Assembly (NCBI RefSeq): GCF_039654945.1
Contig: NW_027361703.1
Coordinates: 53,072,001 to 53,136,000 of the forward strand
Reading direction: 5' to 3'
Length of the DNA stretch: 64,000 bases
Source: Dendrobates tinctorius
Taxonomy: Eukaryota
Shown piece by piece: positions 25,204-39,338 of the stretch. Under the pieces are notes generated by a model. It ran no database searches and was not told where the DNA came from. It was given only the letters and a program-made list of their open reading frames with translations. The number at the start of each line of letters is the position of its first letter. Positions within the stretch are counted from its first letter, which is position 1. Position numbers and translations under genes: made by a program.

Positions 25204-26324
25204 TATGAATAGCAAAGGTGAGGAGGGCACCGCTAATAATGAAAGTCAGGGATACACCAATAGTCAGTACAAGTGAATAATACAGTAAGAGAAAGAGAAA
25301 GCTACTGACCACAAATTGGGATCACCACAATAAATAACTAAATATACAAATTTTATTCAGTGTCAATCAGACCAAAATCACAGTTTAAAAACATTAAAAA
25401 GTCACTTAATGACAAATGAACCCTTAGGGGTTAATAATATAACCCTGGAAGACTCCCCTGTCACCTGAGGTATTAATATAAGCTAACAACTGGTCCAGAT
25501 ATTAAATGACAAAGCCATGTGATGTCAAGCATGTCATACATACATACAGCTATTAAAGAGCCCCAATTGGAGCACTACGGAACCAAGAATTGTTAAGCTA
25601 TTACACAACCATGTTATATCAGAGATGTCACAGATATTTTACAGAGAGCCTCAATTGGAGCACTGTAGGACCAGAGATCATGAAACTGCAGTATGCTAAG
25701 AAAATGCACCAAATGTCAGACCCGCCCCATAGATCAGGGAAAGACATAATATGGAGGTAAAAAAGTATAGATAAGAGGTATATCTGAGCCCTAAAATTGT
25801 AGACTCAGAACCAGATAAACAACCTCCAAATTAGCGCATATAATGTGCGCTGGGTACATAACAGCATACTATACCCAAGATAGGGGGAGCCTGTGACATC
25901 TCTGATATAACATGGTTGTGCAATACATGTATTAGCTGTCAGTATGTACCTTTACCCGATTTACAGGGTAGACTTGATCATTTGTACATTTTTCTTAATA
26001 TACAACAGCTTAACAATTCTTGGTTCCATAGTGCTCCAATTGGGGCTCTTTAATAGCTGTATGTATGTATGACATGCTTGACAACACATGGCTTTGTCAT
26101 TTAATATCTGGACCAGTTGTTAGCTTATTTTAATACCTCAGGTGACAGGGGAGTCTTCCAGGGTTATATTATTAACCCCTAAGGGTTCATTTGTCATTAA
26201 GTGACTTTTTAATGCTTTTAAACTGTGTTTTTGGTCTGATTGACACTGAATAAAATTTGTATATTTAGTTATTTATTGTGGCGATCCCAATTTGTGGTCA
26301 GTAGCATTCTCTTTCCCTTACTGT
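25204..26324. mobile_element. Penelope-type non-coding insertion with ~320-bp inverted arms
   Basis: 25281-25599 is the reverse complement of 26008-26325. Inner inverted repeat at 25605-25632 / 25892-25920. 11-bp direct repeat AACATTGATGA at 25193-25203 and 26325-26335. Confidence 0.75.
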
Positions 26325-28076
26325 AACATTGATGAGCACCATCTGACCCAAACTCAACAGCCTCAGTTATATGTGAGGCTATATATTTATAGGTATATAG
26401 TTAAATACCATATATCGTGGTCTACAATCAGACAAAGAATGTCAAATGTGTGATGCCTGTCTAAGGTTCACAAAAGCAAAAAGCTAAATCATAAATTACA
26501 CATATATTTTAATTATCTTGTTACCTAGATCTCACATTGTAGATTTTTAGTGATTGTTAACTTGAAATATAAAACGACTCAGTATTTAAAAAGTGTATAA
26601 TAACTGAAAACTGAATATCGAAGCTGCTTAATCTCTCCAGAGGAAGCAAATTTAATTTAAAATTCAAATTGACAGAGCCTTTTGCACAGTTTATTTTTTA
26701 ATAGAAAATATTAAACTTTTTTCATAGAGTCTTTGATGCTGATTGTAAGAACCTGTTCAGGAATCTGTTATAATGCTGCTGGACATTTTCTGTCTACGGA
26801 CAAACTGTATTACATCATGCTAGATTTCTTCTAGCAGATGTTCTCTGCTGTAACCACTCTCTATTTTATACCATAAATCTATACATTTTTATTGAATGCA
26901 TATGACAAGTAAAGGATAATTCTGACTGTATTCCTTTACTCATCGCAGAATTAAGGTGATTTTAAAAACAGAGTTTTTAAAAAATGTTGGCTTTTTGTAG
27001 TACTTTTCCTGTCAGTTTTCAAGCGTCATTGACCCCAAAATACTACAGCAGTCAGATATTACATGAAAGCCTATATTGAAATATAAAATGCATTGCAAAA
27101 AATGCTTTTTTGTTTGAGGCATCCTTCTCTACTTTTGGTGTATTTTTGGTGTCCTTTATAGAGATGAGCAAAACAATTTTCTTACAATTTTTTTTAAATT
27201 TTAGTTTTTGGTATTTGAAGGTGAATGGGTTAAAATAAGCTAATTTGGGGCCTGTGATTGAGCTTCAATGACGTATGTGACCATGTGAGGCCAATGAAAG
27301 GTTTAACCCCTTACCGACATATAACGTACTGATACCGTGCCAGCTCTCTGACTTTGATTCGAGCTTGGACACCAAGCCTAAATCTTTCCTATCACATGAT
27401 GTGATTTAATCAGCTATCATGTGCCTCAAACAGTTCCGCTCTTGGCTGTTAATCTGTTAAATCCCTGTGTCAATTGCTGACAGCAGCATTGAATGTGCTA
27501 GCAGGGGGGTGCTTCAATCTGCATATCTGTTTTGTGATTGCGAGGCACCAATAGGTTGTCATGAGAGGGGGTGAGTCTGCTAAATATTGATTTCCACAGA
27601 TAGCAGGGTTGTATTTGGCCTTCATGCTAGCCTAGGTACTTTAAGTGGTCACATCCCCTACTGATAATAGCAATCAAAGAGAAAAGGACCATTTTTTGTC
27701 ATTCTAGCAGCTTCTGCTTTTTTCTCTTCTGTTCCAATCAGATAAAAAACCCTTTGGAAGGTCATGTTTTTATTCAAACTTATCAATGAGTAACAGATCA
27801 GTGAGACACATGCAAAATAGAGGGAAATTGGAAGCCTTCTAATTTGCATCCATTTCTTAATGATCACCATAAACTTGAATGGCCAAGTCTGATCCGCAAA
27901 TCAGATGAGAATAGGACCTGCTCTGAGTCACATGGATCTCATTCTCAGATCCATAATTTTAACAGATGTGTGAATACATCTATTCTACACTATGTGGTAG
28001 AGTGCTTTGGAGCAGAAAAAAAAACGGACATCACTCAGACGTGTCACCCAGATGTGCGAATGTAGCCTAAGACTAA

Positions 28077-28795
28077 AGGCCCCGTTAAACACATCAATGT
28101 CCCAGCGATCCCACCAATGATCCGACGTGGATGGGATCGCTGGGGCACAGTTAGCTGATCACTGGTAAGCTGTCACTAAAAGGCCCTTTACACATAGCGA
28201 TTTTGTGATGCAGCAGCGATATCACTAGCGATATCGCTACATGTGATACTCACCTCCTACCGGCTCCCCCGCTGGCTATCGCTGATCGCGCGGAAGATGG
28301 TCACCCTCGCCGTGTCTGACAGGTAAGTACGACTGCCGAGCGCTGCTGCATCGCTGGTGAGATCTGCCTGTTTGGCAGCTCACTAGCGACCATTTAGCGA
28401 TGCACCAGCGATCCTGACCGGGTCGTATCGCTGTCGGGATTGCTGGTGCATCGCTAAATGTAACGGGGCCTATAGACAGACCCACCAGCAATCAGGACCA
28501 GCGAGCAAGCTGGTATCCAATGTAAACAGCGGGTATCTAAGAGCTGTTTACGTTGGATACCAGCTCCCAGCATCGCTGATTGTTGCTCTCCCGCTGCCAC
28601 ACGCAGCGATGCGTGTTGGGCAGCGGAAGACCAATGATCAAAAAACAGCCCCAGATGATCCTGCATGATCAGCGATACCCATCAGGGGGGGTGGTCGCTG
28701 ATGCGTGCCACACACAGCAAAATCACTAGCGAGATTGCTGTGGTGTCACAAAATCAGCAATCTCGCTAGCGATCTCGCTGTGTGTGACGGGGCCT
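28077..28795. mobile_element. PIF/Harbinger-type MITE containing a related nested MITE (~28180-28471)
   Basis: Outer ends AGGCCCCGT / ACGGGGCCT with TAA TSD; inner ends AGGCCCTTTACAC / GTAACGGGGCCT; many AGCGAT/ATCGCT motifs. Confidence 0.8.
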
Positions 28796-30279
28796 TAAGT
28801 TCCCACAATGAGTAGTTGGTGAATTTTTGATCCCGCAGTTAGATAAATGAGGTTATTTGCATTTTTTAAATGTGCTTTTTTATCACTTTATCTGTCCTCT
28901 GTCTCTTTTTGTTTTGTCATTTTTAAATAAAACTGTTTTGTATTTGATAAATCCTGCTACTTAGCTTTGATAAAACTTCATTAAAAAATAATTTGTGGAT
29001 TTCCTTCACTTTTGTTTCAACTGCGGAAATAAACTTAAAACATATACATGCTTTTCATCTGTTGATTTTTCTCATGTCATTTAAATCTATGGGTTAAATC
29101 TGCAGACAAAATGCAGATTTATTAGAAGAGAAATTGACATGTTGCCTTTTTCAAAGTCGCACCGTAGGTAAGTTTCTGCAACGTAAAAAGCACACTGGGC
29201 ATGAAATTTCCATAAATCTCATATATATCAAATACTCACCATGGGAACTTAGCCTAATATGTGTAGGACAGATGATTGCTGGGGGAGATAAGGATCTGGC
29301 ATGTCCAATATCAGACAGCCAATTCTTTTGTTCTATATAAGATAGGAGAGATTATGCTAGCAACTTTCCCTTATCCTTTTGGTTGCTAAAAATCAGCGTT
29401 AATTGATTAATTCAGTGTTGCAATTAGTTAATATGAGTAAATACTGCTGTCAGGTTCCCTTTAAAAAATAATTTAAATTTTGATTTTTTTGTATAGTTTA
29501 GGCTCTTTATTTTGAGTAGATCAGTAGAGATGCTGAGACCCCCATCAATTGCTCCAAAGACCTCTTAGAAGTGTACAGCTCAGAACAGGAGCCAATGACT
29601 GTTTATAGCATCCATACTCTGCTGTTTGTTCATTTCTGTCTAATGAGCAGCGCACTTTTAAAACTTATTTTGAGCGATTGTTGGGGATCTCTGAACCTGG
29701 ATCGGCACCAATCTGCTCAGAATTAAAGAGAAAAGAAAAACATGCAAAAAAATCTCCTAAAATCTCACTCTGTAAAATGCAAAAATAGAATAGAAAATTG
29801 CTGGCACTGCTACCACACCCAAATCCAGGGAAGACAGGATCAAAAAAAGTTTTCAATCCTGATTGTCAGCTATTACGGTGCTCAGCTTCTGAATATCTTA
29901 TTTCATAATCAGGAAGTACTGTAATAGATAAACAGAAGAAGAGTAAACTAGAAGAAGTGTTCAAATAAAACTAGCTTTTACAGAAATGCCTGTGGTGAGC
30001 GCCACTATCTACTACTTACCAATTACTCTGTAAAGTGCATTTACATTGTAGCCGATGTGGGAAACCAGGGTCCATTTTGTCTTCTTAGTTCCAATTTTTT
30101 GCTGTAAATCTATCACCTACCCAGTCCCTTTATAAATTCCAACTCCCTGAAATTCTGGATCAAATCAGACATTTAGACACAACTATCAATGAACCCCACA
30201 GAACAGTTTCTTTCTTATTGGCATAAAGCTCTTTCTACCAGGGGTGTATATAAACCCCACCCACATTTAACTGAAGTAG

Positions 30280-30655
30280 AATCACAGACGCGGATTCTTT
30301 ACTGTAAGAGCAGTGAGACTATGGAACTCTCTGCCGTATGATGTTGTAATGAGTGATTCCCTACTAAAATTTAAGAAGGGACTGGATGCCTTTCTTGAAA
30401 AGTATAATATTACAGGGTATATACACTAGTTTCCTTGATATTGCGCTGATCCAGGGAGCTAGTCTGATTGCCGTATGTGGAGTCGGGAAGGAATTTTTTT
30501 CCCCAATGTGAAGCTTACTGTTTGCCACATGGGTTTTTTTGCCTTCCTCTGTATCAACATGATAGGGCAAGTTAGGATAGGATATGGGTTGAACTAGATG
30601 GACTTAAAGTCCTCCTTCAACTTTAATTACAATGTTACTATGTTACTATGTTATG
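30280..30655 (+). mobile_element. CR1-type LINE 3' end
   Basis: Translates as RRGFFTVRAVRLWNSLPYDVV...FKKGLDAFL, followed by a 3' UTR and a (TGTTACTA)n tail. Confidence 0.88.
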
Positions 30656-31319
30656 CTGGACACTATGTGTGTGTGCGCACTGTATTGATTCTCCGAGTTT
30701 GTTCATCACAACACCTCTAATCCAGCCTTGCACATCAATTCTAGTGGGCCCGTTGTGCCCACAGTAAATTTGGCACCCGTGGACAGGGACCGGACAACAA
30801 CTAGCATCATCAGGACAACTTTTGAATGATGTCTTCTGGAATAGACAGATAAAGTGGCTGCTTACACAGCAGCAAGGTAAGAAACTTTTTCTTACAATAT
30901 ACCTGTTCCTTTATGGTGATGCTGTATACTTAGTCTAGTCAAATATCCTGTAAAAAGAAATTTGATGTATGAGTAAAATACGCTGTTCTCCCAGGAAGTT
31001 GATTGCTGTTGTTTGAGTCTGTTTTTTAACTACACTAGCATATTTTGGTTTGCAGTTGGTCTGTTGCATACGTAAAAGAACAGCGATTCCCACCCATCTA
31101 AATTCTGCATAGGTTATGAACAAAAGAGTATAGGTCCTCCTTTTGAGCCAGACACAATTAAAGAGTTAAATTCCTAGGTGGAATGAAAAAGGTAAGAGAG
31201 AGGGGGCCATAGCCATTCAGCTGTTTGCCTTGCTTTGAGAGTACTGTGCAATTGATTTCAGTAGTACAGTGTCCATTTTAGGACATGATCATATATCAAA
31301 ATCAAACATCAGAAATACT

Positions 31320-34300
31320 CTGTCTGATACCTGATGTCTGATACCTGATGTCTGATACCTGATACCTGATACCTGATACCTGATAACTGATAACTGATAA
31401 CTGATAACTGATAACTGATAACTGATAACTGATAACTGATACCTGATACCTGACAACTGACAACTGACAACTGACAACTGACAACTGATAACTGATAACT
31501 GATAACTGATAACTGATAACTGATAACTGACAACTGACAACTGATAACTGATAACTGATACCTGATAACTGATACCTGATACCTGATAACTGATAACTGA
31601 TAACTGATAACTGATAACTGATAACTGATAACTGACAACTGACAACTGATAACTGATAACTGATAACTGATACCTGATACCTGATAACTGATAACTGATA
31701 ACTGATAACTGATAACTGATAACTGATAACTGATAACTGATTCCTGATAACTGACAACTGACAACTGACACCTGATACCTGATAACTGACAACTGACAAC
31801 TGACAACTGACAACTGACAACTGACAACTGACAACTGACAACTGATAACTGATAACTGACAACTGACAACTGACAACTGACAACTGATAACTGATAACTG
31901 ATTCCTGATAACTGACAACTGATAACTGATAACTGATTCCTGATAACTGACAACTGACAACTGACACCTGACACCTGATAACTGACAACTGACAACTGAC
32001 AACTGACACCTGACACCTGACAACTGACAACTGACAACTGACAACTGACAACTGATAACTGATAACTGATAACTGATAACTGATAACTGATAACTGATAC
32101 CTGATACCTGATAACTGATAACTGATAACTGATAACTGATAACTGATAACTGATAACTGATAACTGATACCTGATACCTGACAACTGACAACTGACAACT
32201 GATAACTGATAACTGATAACTGATAACTGATAACTGATACCTGATACCTGATAACTGACAACTGACAACTGACAACTGACAACTGACAACTGACAACTGA
32301 CAACTGATAACTGATAACTGATAACTGATACCTGATACCTGATAACTGATAACTGATAACTGATAACTGGTAACTGATAACTGATAACTGATAACTGATA
32401 ACTGATAACTGATAACTGATAACTGATAACTGATAACTGATACCTGATAACTGATAACTGATAACTGATAACTGATACCTGATAACTGATAACTGATAAC
32501 TGATAACTGATAACTGATACCTGATAACTGATACCTGATACCTGATACCTGACAACTGACAACTGACAACTGATAACTGATAACTGATAACTGATAACTG
32601 ATAACTGATAACTGATAACTGATAACTGATACCTGATACCTGATACCTGATAACTGATAACTGATAACTGATAACTGATAACTGATAACTGATAACTGAT
32701 AACTGATAACTGATAACTGATACCTGATAACTGATAACTGATACCTGATAACTGATACCTGATAACTGATACCTGATAACTGATACCTGATAACTGATAC
32801 CTGATAACTGATACCTGATAACTGATACCTGATACCTGATAACTGATAATTGATAACTGATACCTGATACCTGATAACTGATAACTGATAACTGATAACT
32901 GATACCTGATACCTGATAACTGATAACTGATACCTGATAACTGATAACTGATAACTGATAACTGATAACTGATACCTGATAACTGATAACTGATAACTGA
33001 TAACTGATACCTGATAACTGATAACTGATAACTGATAACTGATAACTGATAACTGATACCTGATAACTGATAACTGATAACTGATAACTGATAACTGATA
33101 ACTGATAACTGATACCTGATAACTGATACCTGATACCTGACAACTGACAACTGACAACTGATAACTGATAACTGATAACTGATAACTGATAACTGATAAC
33201 TGATAACTGATAACTGATAACTGATAACTGATACCTGATACCTGATAACTGATAACTGATAACTGATAACTGATAACTGATAACTGATAACTGATAACTG
33301 ATAACTGATACCTGATAACTGATAACTGATACCTGATAACTGATACCTGATAACTGATACCTGATAACTGATACCTGATAACTGATACCTGATAACTGAT
33401 ACCTGATAACTGATAACTGATAACTGATACCTGATAACTGATAACTGATACCTGATAACTGATAACTGATAACTGATTCCTGATAACTGATACCTGATAA
33501 CTGATACCTGATAACTGATAACTGATAACTGATACCTGATAACTGATACCTGATACCTGATAACTGATAACTGATAACTGATAACTGATACCTGATAACT
33601 GATAACTGATAACTGATAACTGATAACTGATTCCTGATAACTGATACCTGATAACTGATAACTGATAACTGATAACTGATAACTGATAACTGATAACTGA
33701 TACCTGATAACTGATAACTGATAACTGATAACTGATACCTGACAACTGATACCTGATACCTGATAACTGATAACTGATACCTGATAACTGATAACTGATA
33801 ACTGATACCTGACAACTGATACCTGATAACTGATAACTGATACCTGATAACTGATAACTGATACCTGATAACTGATAACTGATAACTGATAACTGATACC
33901 TGATAACTGATACCTGATAACTGATAACTGATAACTGATAACTGATAACTGATTCCTGATAACTGATACCTGATAACTGATACCTGATAACTGATACCTG
34001 ATAACTGATACCTGATACCTGATAACTGATAACTGATAACTGATAACTGATAACTGATAACTGATAACTGATACCTGATAACTGATAACTGATAACTGAT
34101 AACTGATAACTGATAACTGATACCTGATAACTGATACCTGATAACTGATAACTGATAACTGATAACTGATAACTGATAACTGATAACTGATAACTGATAC
34201 CTGATAACTGATAACTGATAACTGATACCTGATAACTGATAACTGATACCTGATAACTGATAACTGATAACTGATAACTGACAACTGATACCTGATAACT

Positions 34301-34985
34301 GATAACTGATACCTGATAACTGATAACTGATAACTGATACCTGATAACTGATAACTGATACCTGATAACTGACAACTGATAACTGACACCTGACAACTGA
34401 CAACTGATAACTGATAACTGATACCTGATAACTGATAACTGATAACTGATAACTGATACCTGATACCTGATACCTGATAACTGATAACTGGTAACTGGTA
34501 ACTGATAACTGATAACTGATACCTGATACCTGATAACTGATAATTGATAACTGATAACTGATACCTGATAACTGATAACTGATAACTGATAACTGATACC
34601 TGATAACTGATAACTGATACCTGATAACTGATAACTGGTAACTGGTAACTGATAACTGATACCTGATACCTGATACCTGATAACTGATAATTGATAACTG
34701 ATACCTGATACCTGATAACTGATAACTGATAACTGATAACTGATACCTGATACCTGATAACTGATAACTGATACCTGATAACTGATAACTGATAACTGAT
34801 AACTGATAACTGATACCTGATAACTGATAACTGATAACTGATAACTGATAACTGATACCTGATAACTGATAACTGATAACTGATAACTGATAACTGATAA
34901 CTGATACCTGATAACTGATAACTGATAACTGATAACTGATACCTGATAACTGATAACTGATAACTGATGTCTGATGTCTGAGACT
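31320..34985. repeat. 7-bp satellite (CTGATAA, with CTGATAC and CTGACAA variants), about 520 units
   Basis: Directly visible, ~3.66 kb; phase is kept throughout. Confidence 0.99.
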
Positions 34986-35084
34986 TGATTACTATCAAAA
35001 ATCAAACATCAAAATGCTTTTCAGATACAGTACTTGAGTGGATCATTTCATAAGGGAAGAAAAAGGATCCTTAAACAGCCTTTA

Positions 35085-35160
35085 GAGCTGTTGGCTGACT
35101 GGTTAAGCAACTGGTTTATGGAATAGGAAATTGTTGGTTCTAATCCCACATGAGATTTTT
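35085..35160 (+). other. tRNA-derived Pol III promoter unit 1
   Basis: A box TGGCTGACTGG (35092-35102), B box GGTTCTAATCC (35136-35146), then a T-run. Confidence 0.55.
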
Positions 35161-35439
35161 AATTATTTATATATATATTTTTTTTAACTAGCAGATTATC
35201 ACACAAAATCCTATCGTGCTTCACTTTTAATATCTGACATTCTTACTATCTTCCTCTCTTGTAATAAAATAATCTCTAGTGTAAGGGTGAACCATCTGCA
35301 TTCCACTTTTAATATCTGACATTCTTATTATCCTCCTGATTTCTAGTTAAATAATCTTCTATAGCCTAAGGGTGAAGTATCTGCATGAAACATAGTTTTG
35401 GCTTAAAATAATGAGAAAAATTATAAAAATAAAAAATTA

Positions 35440-35519
35440 AGTTCCATTGCTAGGATTTGAACTCACAACCCCTTGTTTATAATCCTATACACAGCAAATT
35501 ACCACTACACTATAGTGAC
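35440..35519 (-). other. tRNA-derived Pol III promoter unit on the minus strand
   Basis: The minus strand reads TAGTGTAGTGG (A box, 35512-35502) and AGTTCAAATCC (B box, 35463-35453), then T-rich sequence. Confidence 0.5.
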
Positions 35520-35769
35520 AACTGCATAGTTGTAGAGAATGAGTCTGATACATGACTTAATTCATTCAAACATCAAACATCGAAATTTTTTCTTTTGATA
35601 CCTGATACTTGATACTTTATCAAGCATCAAACATCAAAATGTTTTTGTCTGAGACCTGATACTTGACCAGTCAAAGATCAAAATCAAAATGTTTTTCAGA
35701 TACACCTCACTACAGTACTTGCATGGTTCATCTCATAAGGGAAGAAAAACCATCCTCTTACAGCCTGTT

Positions 35770-35846
35770 AAGCTGTTGGCTGAGTGGTTAAGCAACTGGT
35801 TTATGGAATGGGAAACATGGGTTCGAATCCCACATGTTGCTTTTTT
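35770..35846 (+). other. tRNA-derived Pol III promoter unit 2
   Basis: A box TGGCTGAGTGG (35777-35787), consensus B box GGTTCGAATCC (35820-35830), TTTTTT at 35841-35846. Part of a direct repeat of ~34995-35260 at ~35680-35925. Confidence 0.6.
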
Positions 35847-36185
35847 GTCTTTATACGGCAGATTACCACATAAAATCCAATCGTGCTTCACTTTTAACAT
35901 CTGACATTCTTATTATCCTCCTGATGTGTTAGTAAAGAATTTCGGACATGCTGTGTCTAATGATCAAATTACTTCATAGAATTTTTTTCTTTGCATTCAC
36001 CCAAGAACTGGCTACAAACTCATGAGCACTAGGTGGTGTCACTAATCCCCTGTGTACAAGGCATGGTCCTCCTGTAGCAGCAAAAAACGGAGCTATGGGT
36101 GTGTCCTACACTGCCTGGTTCTGCCGGGGACGTGCGTCTGTTCATTGCCATCTCACAGATCTGCGGAGCATCGCTTCTCTCTGTA

Positions 36186-36500
36186 AGGCCGGCGTCACAC
36201 AATACCGTAGAATACGGCCGAGTGCAATGCGAGAAAACATCGGCCCAGTGTTAATCTATGGGGCAGCTCCCATCAGCGTTTATTTTATCAGGCGTATTCA
36301 GCGTGCGTGTAAAATCACAGCAGTCTGCGATTGGCACCGAGATTCGGATGAGACTCGCCAATGCAAGTCTATGGGTGCGAGAAAAAAATCACACAGCACT
36401 CGCACCGTGCAAGTCCTGTCCGATTTCTATGCACCAGTGTCCTTTGAAAAAACAGCAATTCATGTGCCGCATACAGTAAAATCACACTGACGGGTTACAA
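36186..36500. mobile_element. Harbinger-type MITE fragment (left end)
   Basis: TAAGGCCGGCGTCACAC start; no matching right end found. Confidence 0.45.
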
Positions 36501-37864
36501 TAGAAAAGATGGAATAGATATATAAAATTGTATGTGACATATACAATTAGTACAGTGTGTGCAGCTTACTGTACTTGTTTTTAATTAATAAAAGATTATT
36601 TTTCTAGCAAAAGTGGCATGAGCTCCCGTGCAATTTTTGTAACCAGCAGAAGGAAAGCTGTGACTGAGGGCTGTTTTTTATAGCCTGTCAGTGATCTGAC
36701 AATACATAGTGATGTCCCATACTGGGACAATGTAAAAAAGCAAAAAAAAAAAAAAATTACAATGTGTAAAAATATTTTTAAAAATACCTAAATAAAGAAA
36801 AAAGTTTCCATTAAATACATTTATTTATGTAAATAATAAAAAATTAAATGTACACATATTTGTTATCACCACGTCCGTAACAATCCGCTCTATAAAACTG
36901 TCCCACTAGATAACCCCTTAAATGCACACCATAAAAAATTAAATAAAAAACAGTGCTTTGTCATCATACCGCCAAACATAAAGTGCAATAAAAAGCGATT
37001 AAAAGACAGATGTAAAATAAAAATGGTACCGCTGAAAACATCATCTTGTCCTGCAAAAGACAAGCTGCCATACAGCTCGATCAGCAGAAAAATATTAAAG
37101 TTATAGCTTTCAGAATAAAGTGATGCAAAAATAATTATTTTTCCTATAAATTTGTTTTTATTGTGTAAAAGCGCCAAAACATAAAAAAACATAAATGAGT
37201 TATTGCTGTAATCGCACTGACCTGAAGATTAAAGCTGTCTTACCAATTATACTACATGTGGAATGGTTTAAAAAAACAAAATCAAAACGAAATTCCTGAA
37301 TTGCTGGTTTTTGTTCATTCTGTCTCCCAAAAATCAGAATAGAAAGCGATCAAAAAATGTCATGTGCCTGAAAATGGTACTAATAAAAACATCAGCTCGT
37401 CCTGTAAAAAACAAGCCCTCAAACGACTCTGTCAGTCGAAATACGAAAAAAATATGTGGAAAGTTGTAGAAAAGTGCAGGAATATCTTTGAGTGGTGTTC
37501 TAAGTGATGTTGAATTGGAATGATTTATACAGAATAATAGTGGTTGGTTGAAAGATCACGGTTTGGAGGGCACGTCCAGAATTGGTTGAAAGTTTCAAAG
37601 GATGTAAGGATGGTGAGTATAAAGAAGTTAAGAATGCAGTAAGTATTGTTACCATGTGTATGACCCCAAGCAATTCAGCCAACTACCTCTCTGAGCAGCG
37701 TCGGACTGGAACACCTTGGGCCCACCAGAGAAAATCATTCTTGGCGCCCACTATGTAGCTGCATAGAGTTAAATACCAGACCACCAATTATGCGGTAAAA
37801 CACGCTCATATCCGGGTATAATATAAGGTTGTACATGTCTTAATTATGTAGCAGGAGTTGGGGT

Positions 37865-39120
37865 AGCCCCCTCATAGAATATAAAGCAGCCCCCTCACAT
37901 AGTATAATGCAGCCATCTCATAGAATATAATGCAGCCATCTCATAGAATATAATACTGCCCCCCTCATAGGGTATAATACTGCCCCCCTCATAGGGAATA
38001 ATGCACCCCCTCATAGGGTATAATGCACCCCCTCATAGGGTATAATACTGCCGCCCTCATAGGGTATAATACTGCCCTCCTCATAGGGTATAATACTGCC
38101 CCCCTCATAGGGTATAATACTGCCCCCCTCATAGGGTATAATACTGCCCCCCTCATAGGGAATAATGCACCCCCACATAGGGAATAATGCTGCCCCCTCA
38201 TAGGGTATAATACTGCCCCCTCATAGGGTATAATGCACCCCCTCATAGGGAATAATGCACCCCCTCATAGGGTATAATGCTGCCCCCTCATAGGGTATAA
38301 TACTGCTGCCCCCCTCATAGGGTATAATACTGCCCCCCTCATAGGGAATAATGCACCCCCTCATAGGGAATAATGCTGCCCTCCTCATAGGGTATAATGC
38401 TGCCTCCTCATAGGGTATAATACTGCCCCCCTCATAGGGTATAATACTGCCCCCCTCATAGGGAATAATGCTGCCTCCTCATAGGGTATAATGCTGCCCC
38501 CTCATAGGGTATAATACTACCCCCCTCATAGGGTATAATACTGCCCCCCTCATAGGGTATAATACTGCCCCCCTCATAGGGAATAATGCACCCCCTCATA
38601 GGGAATAATGCTGCCCCCTCATAGGGTATAATACTGCCCCCTCATAGGGTATAATGCACCCCCTCATAGGGAATAATGCACCCCCTCATAGGGTATAATG
38701 CTGCCCCCTCATAGGGTATAATGCTGCCCCCCTCATAGGGTATAATACTGCCCCCCTCATAGGGAATAATGCACCCCGTCATAGGGAATAATGCTGCCTC
38801 CTCATAGGGTATAATGCTGCCTCCTCATAGGGTATAATGCTGCCTCCTCATAGGGTATAATGCTGCCCCCTCATAGGGTATAATACTGCCCCCCTCATAG
38901 GGAATAATGCTGCCCTCCTCATAGGGTATAATGCTGCCTCCTCATAGGGTATAATGCTGCCTCCTCATAGGGTATAATGCTGCCTCCTCATAGGGTATAA
39001 TGCTGCCCCCTCATAGGGTATAATACTGCCCCCCTCATAGGGAATAATGCACCCCCTCATAGGGTATAATACTGCCTCCTCATAGGGTATAATGCTGCCC
39101 CCCTCATAGGGTATAATGCT
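37865..39120. repeat. ~21-24-bp minisatellite (CCCCCTCATAGGGTATAATACTG)
   Basis: Directly visible tandem array. Confidence 0.97.
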
Positions 39121-39296
39121 ATATAGATATATAGATATAGAGTTAGATAGATATAGATAGAAAGATAGATGTAGAAATAGATAGATATAGAGATAGATAG
39201 TAGATAATGGATAGAAAGTAGATAATGGATAGATATAGATAGAAAGATTCATAGAGATAGATAGAGATAGATATAAAGATAGATATAGAAAGAAAT

Positions 39297-39338
<42 letters not shown>

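Noticed and set aside
30780-30885. Possible host exon ending at CAAG|GTAAGA
   Set aside because: Good donor, but no clear acceptor and no recognisable peptide or partner exons.
31289-35005. Three 1000-1240-aa ORFs (SYQLSVI repeats)
   Set aside because: They are translations of the 7-bp satellite, whose minus strand has no stop codon. All three frames give the same peptide.
35770-35846. Functional tRNA gene
   Set aside because: A and B boxes are present, but I could not build convincing acceptor and anticodon stems.
37865-39120. Possible CRISPR-like array
   Set aside because: Head-to-tail minisatellite with no unique spacers, in a eukaryotic context with no cas genes.
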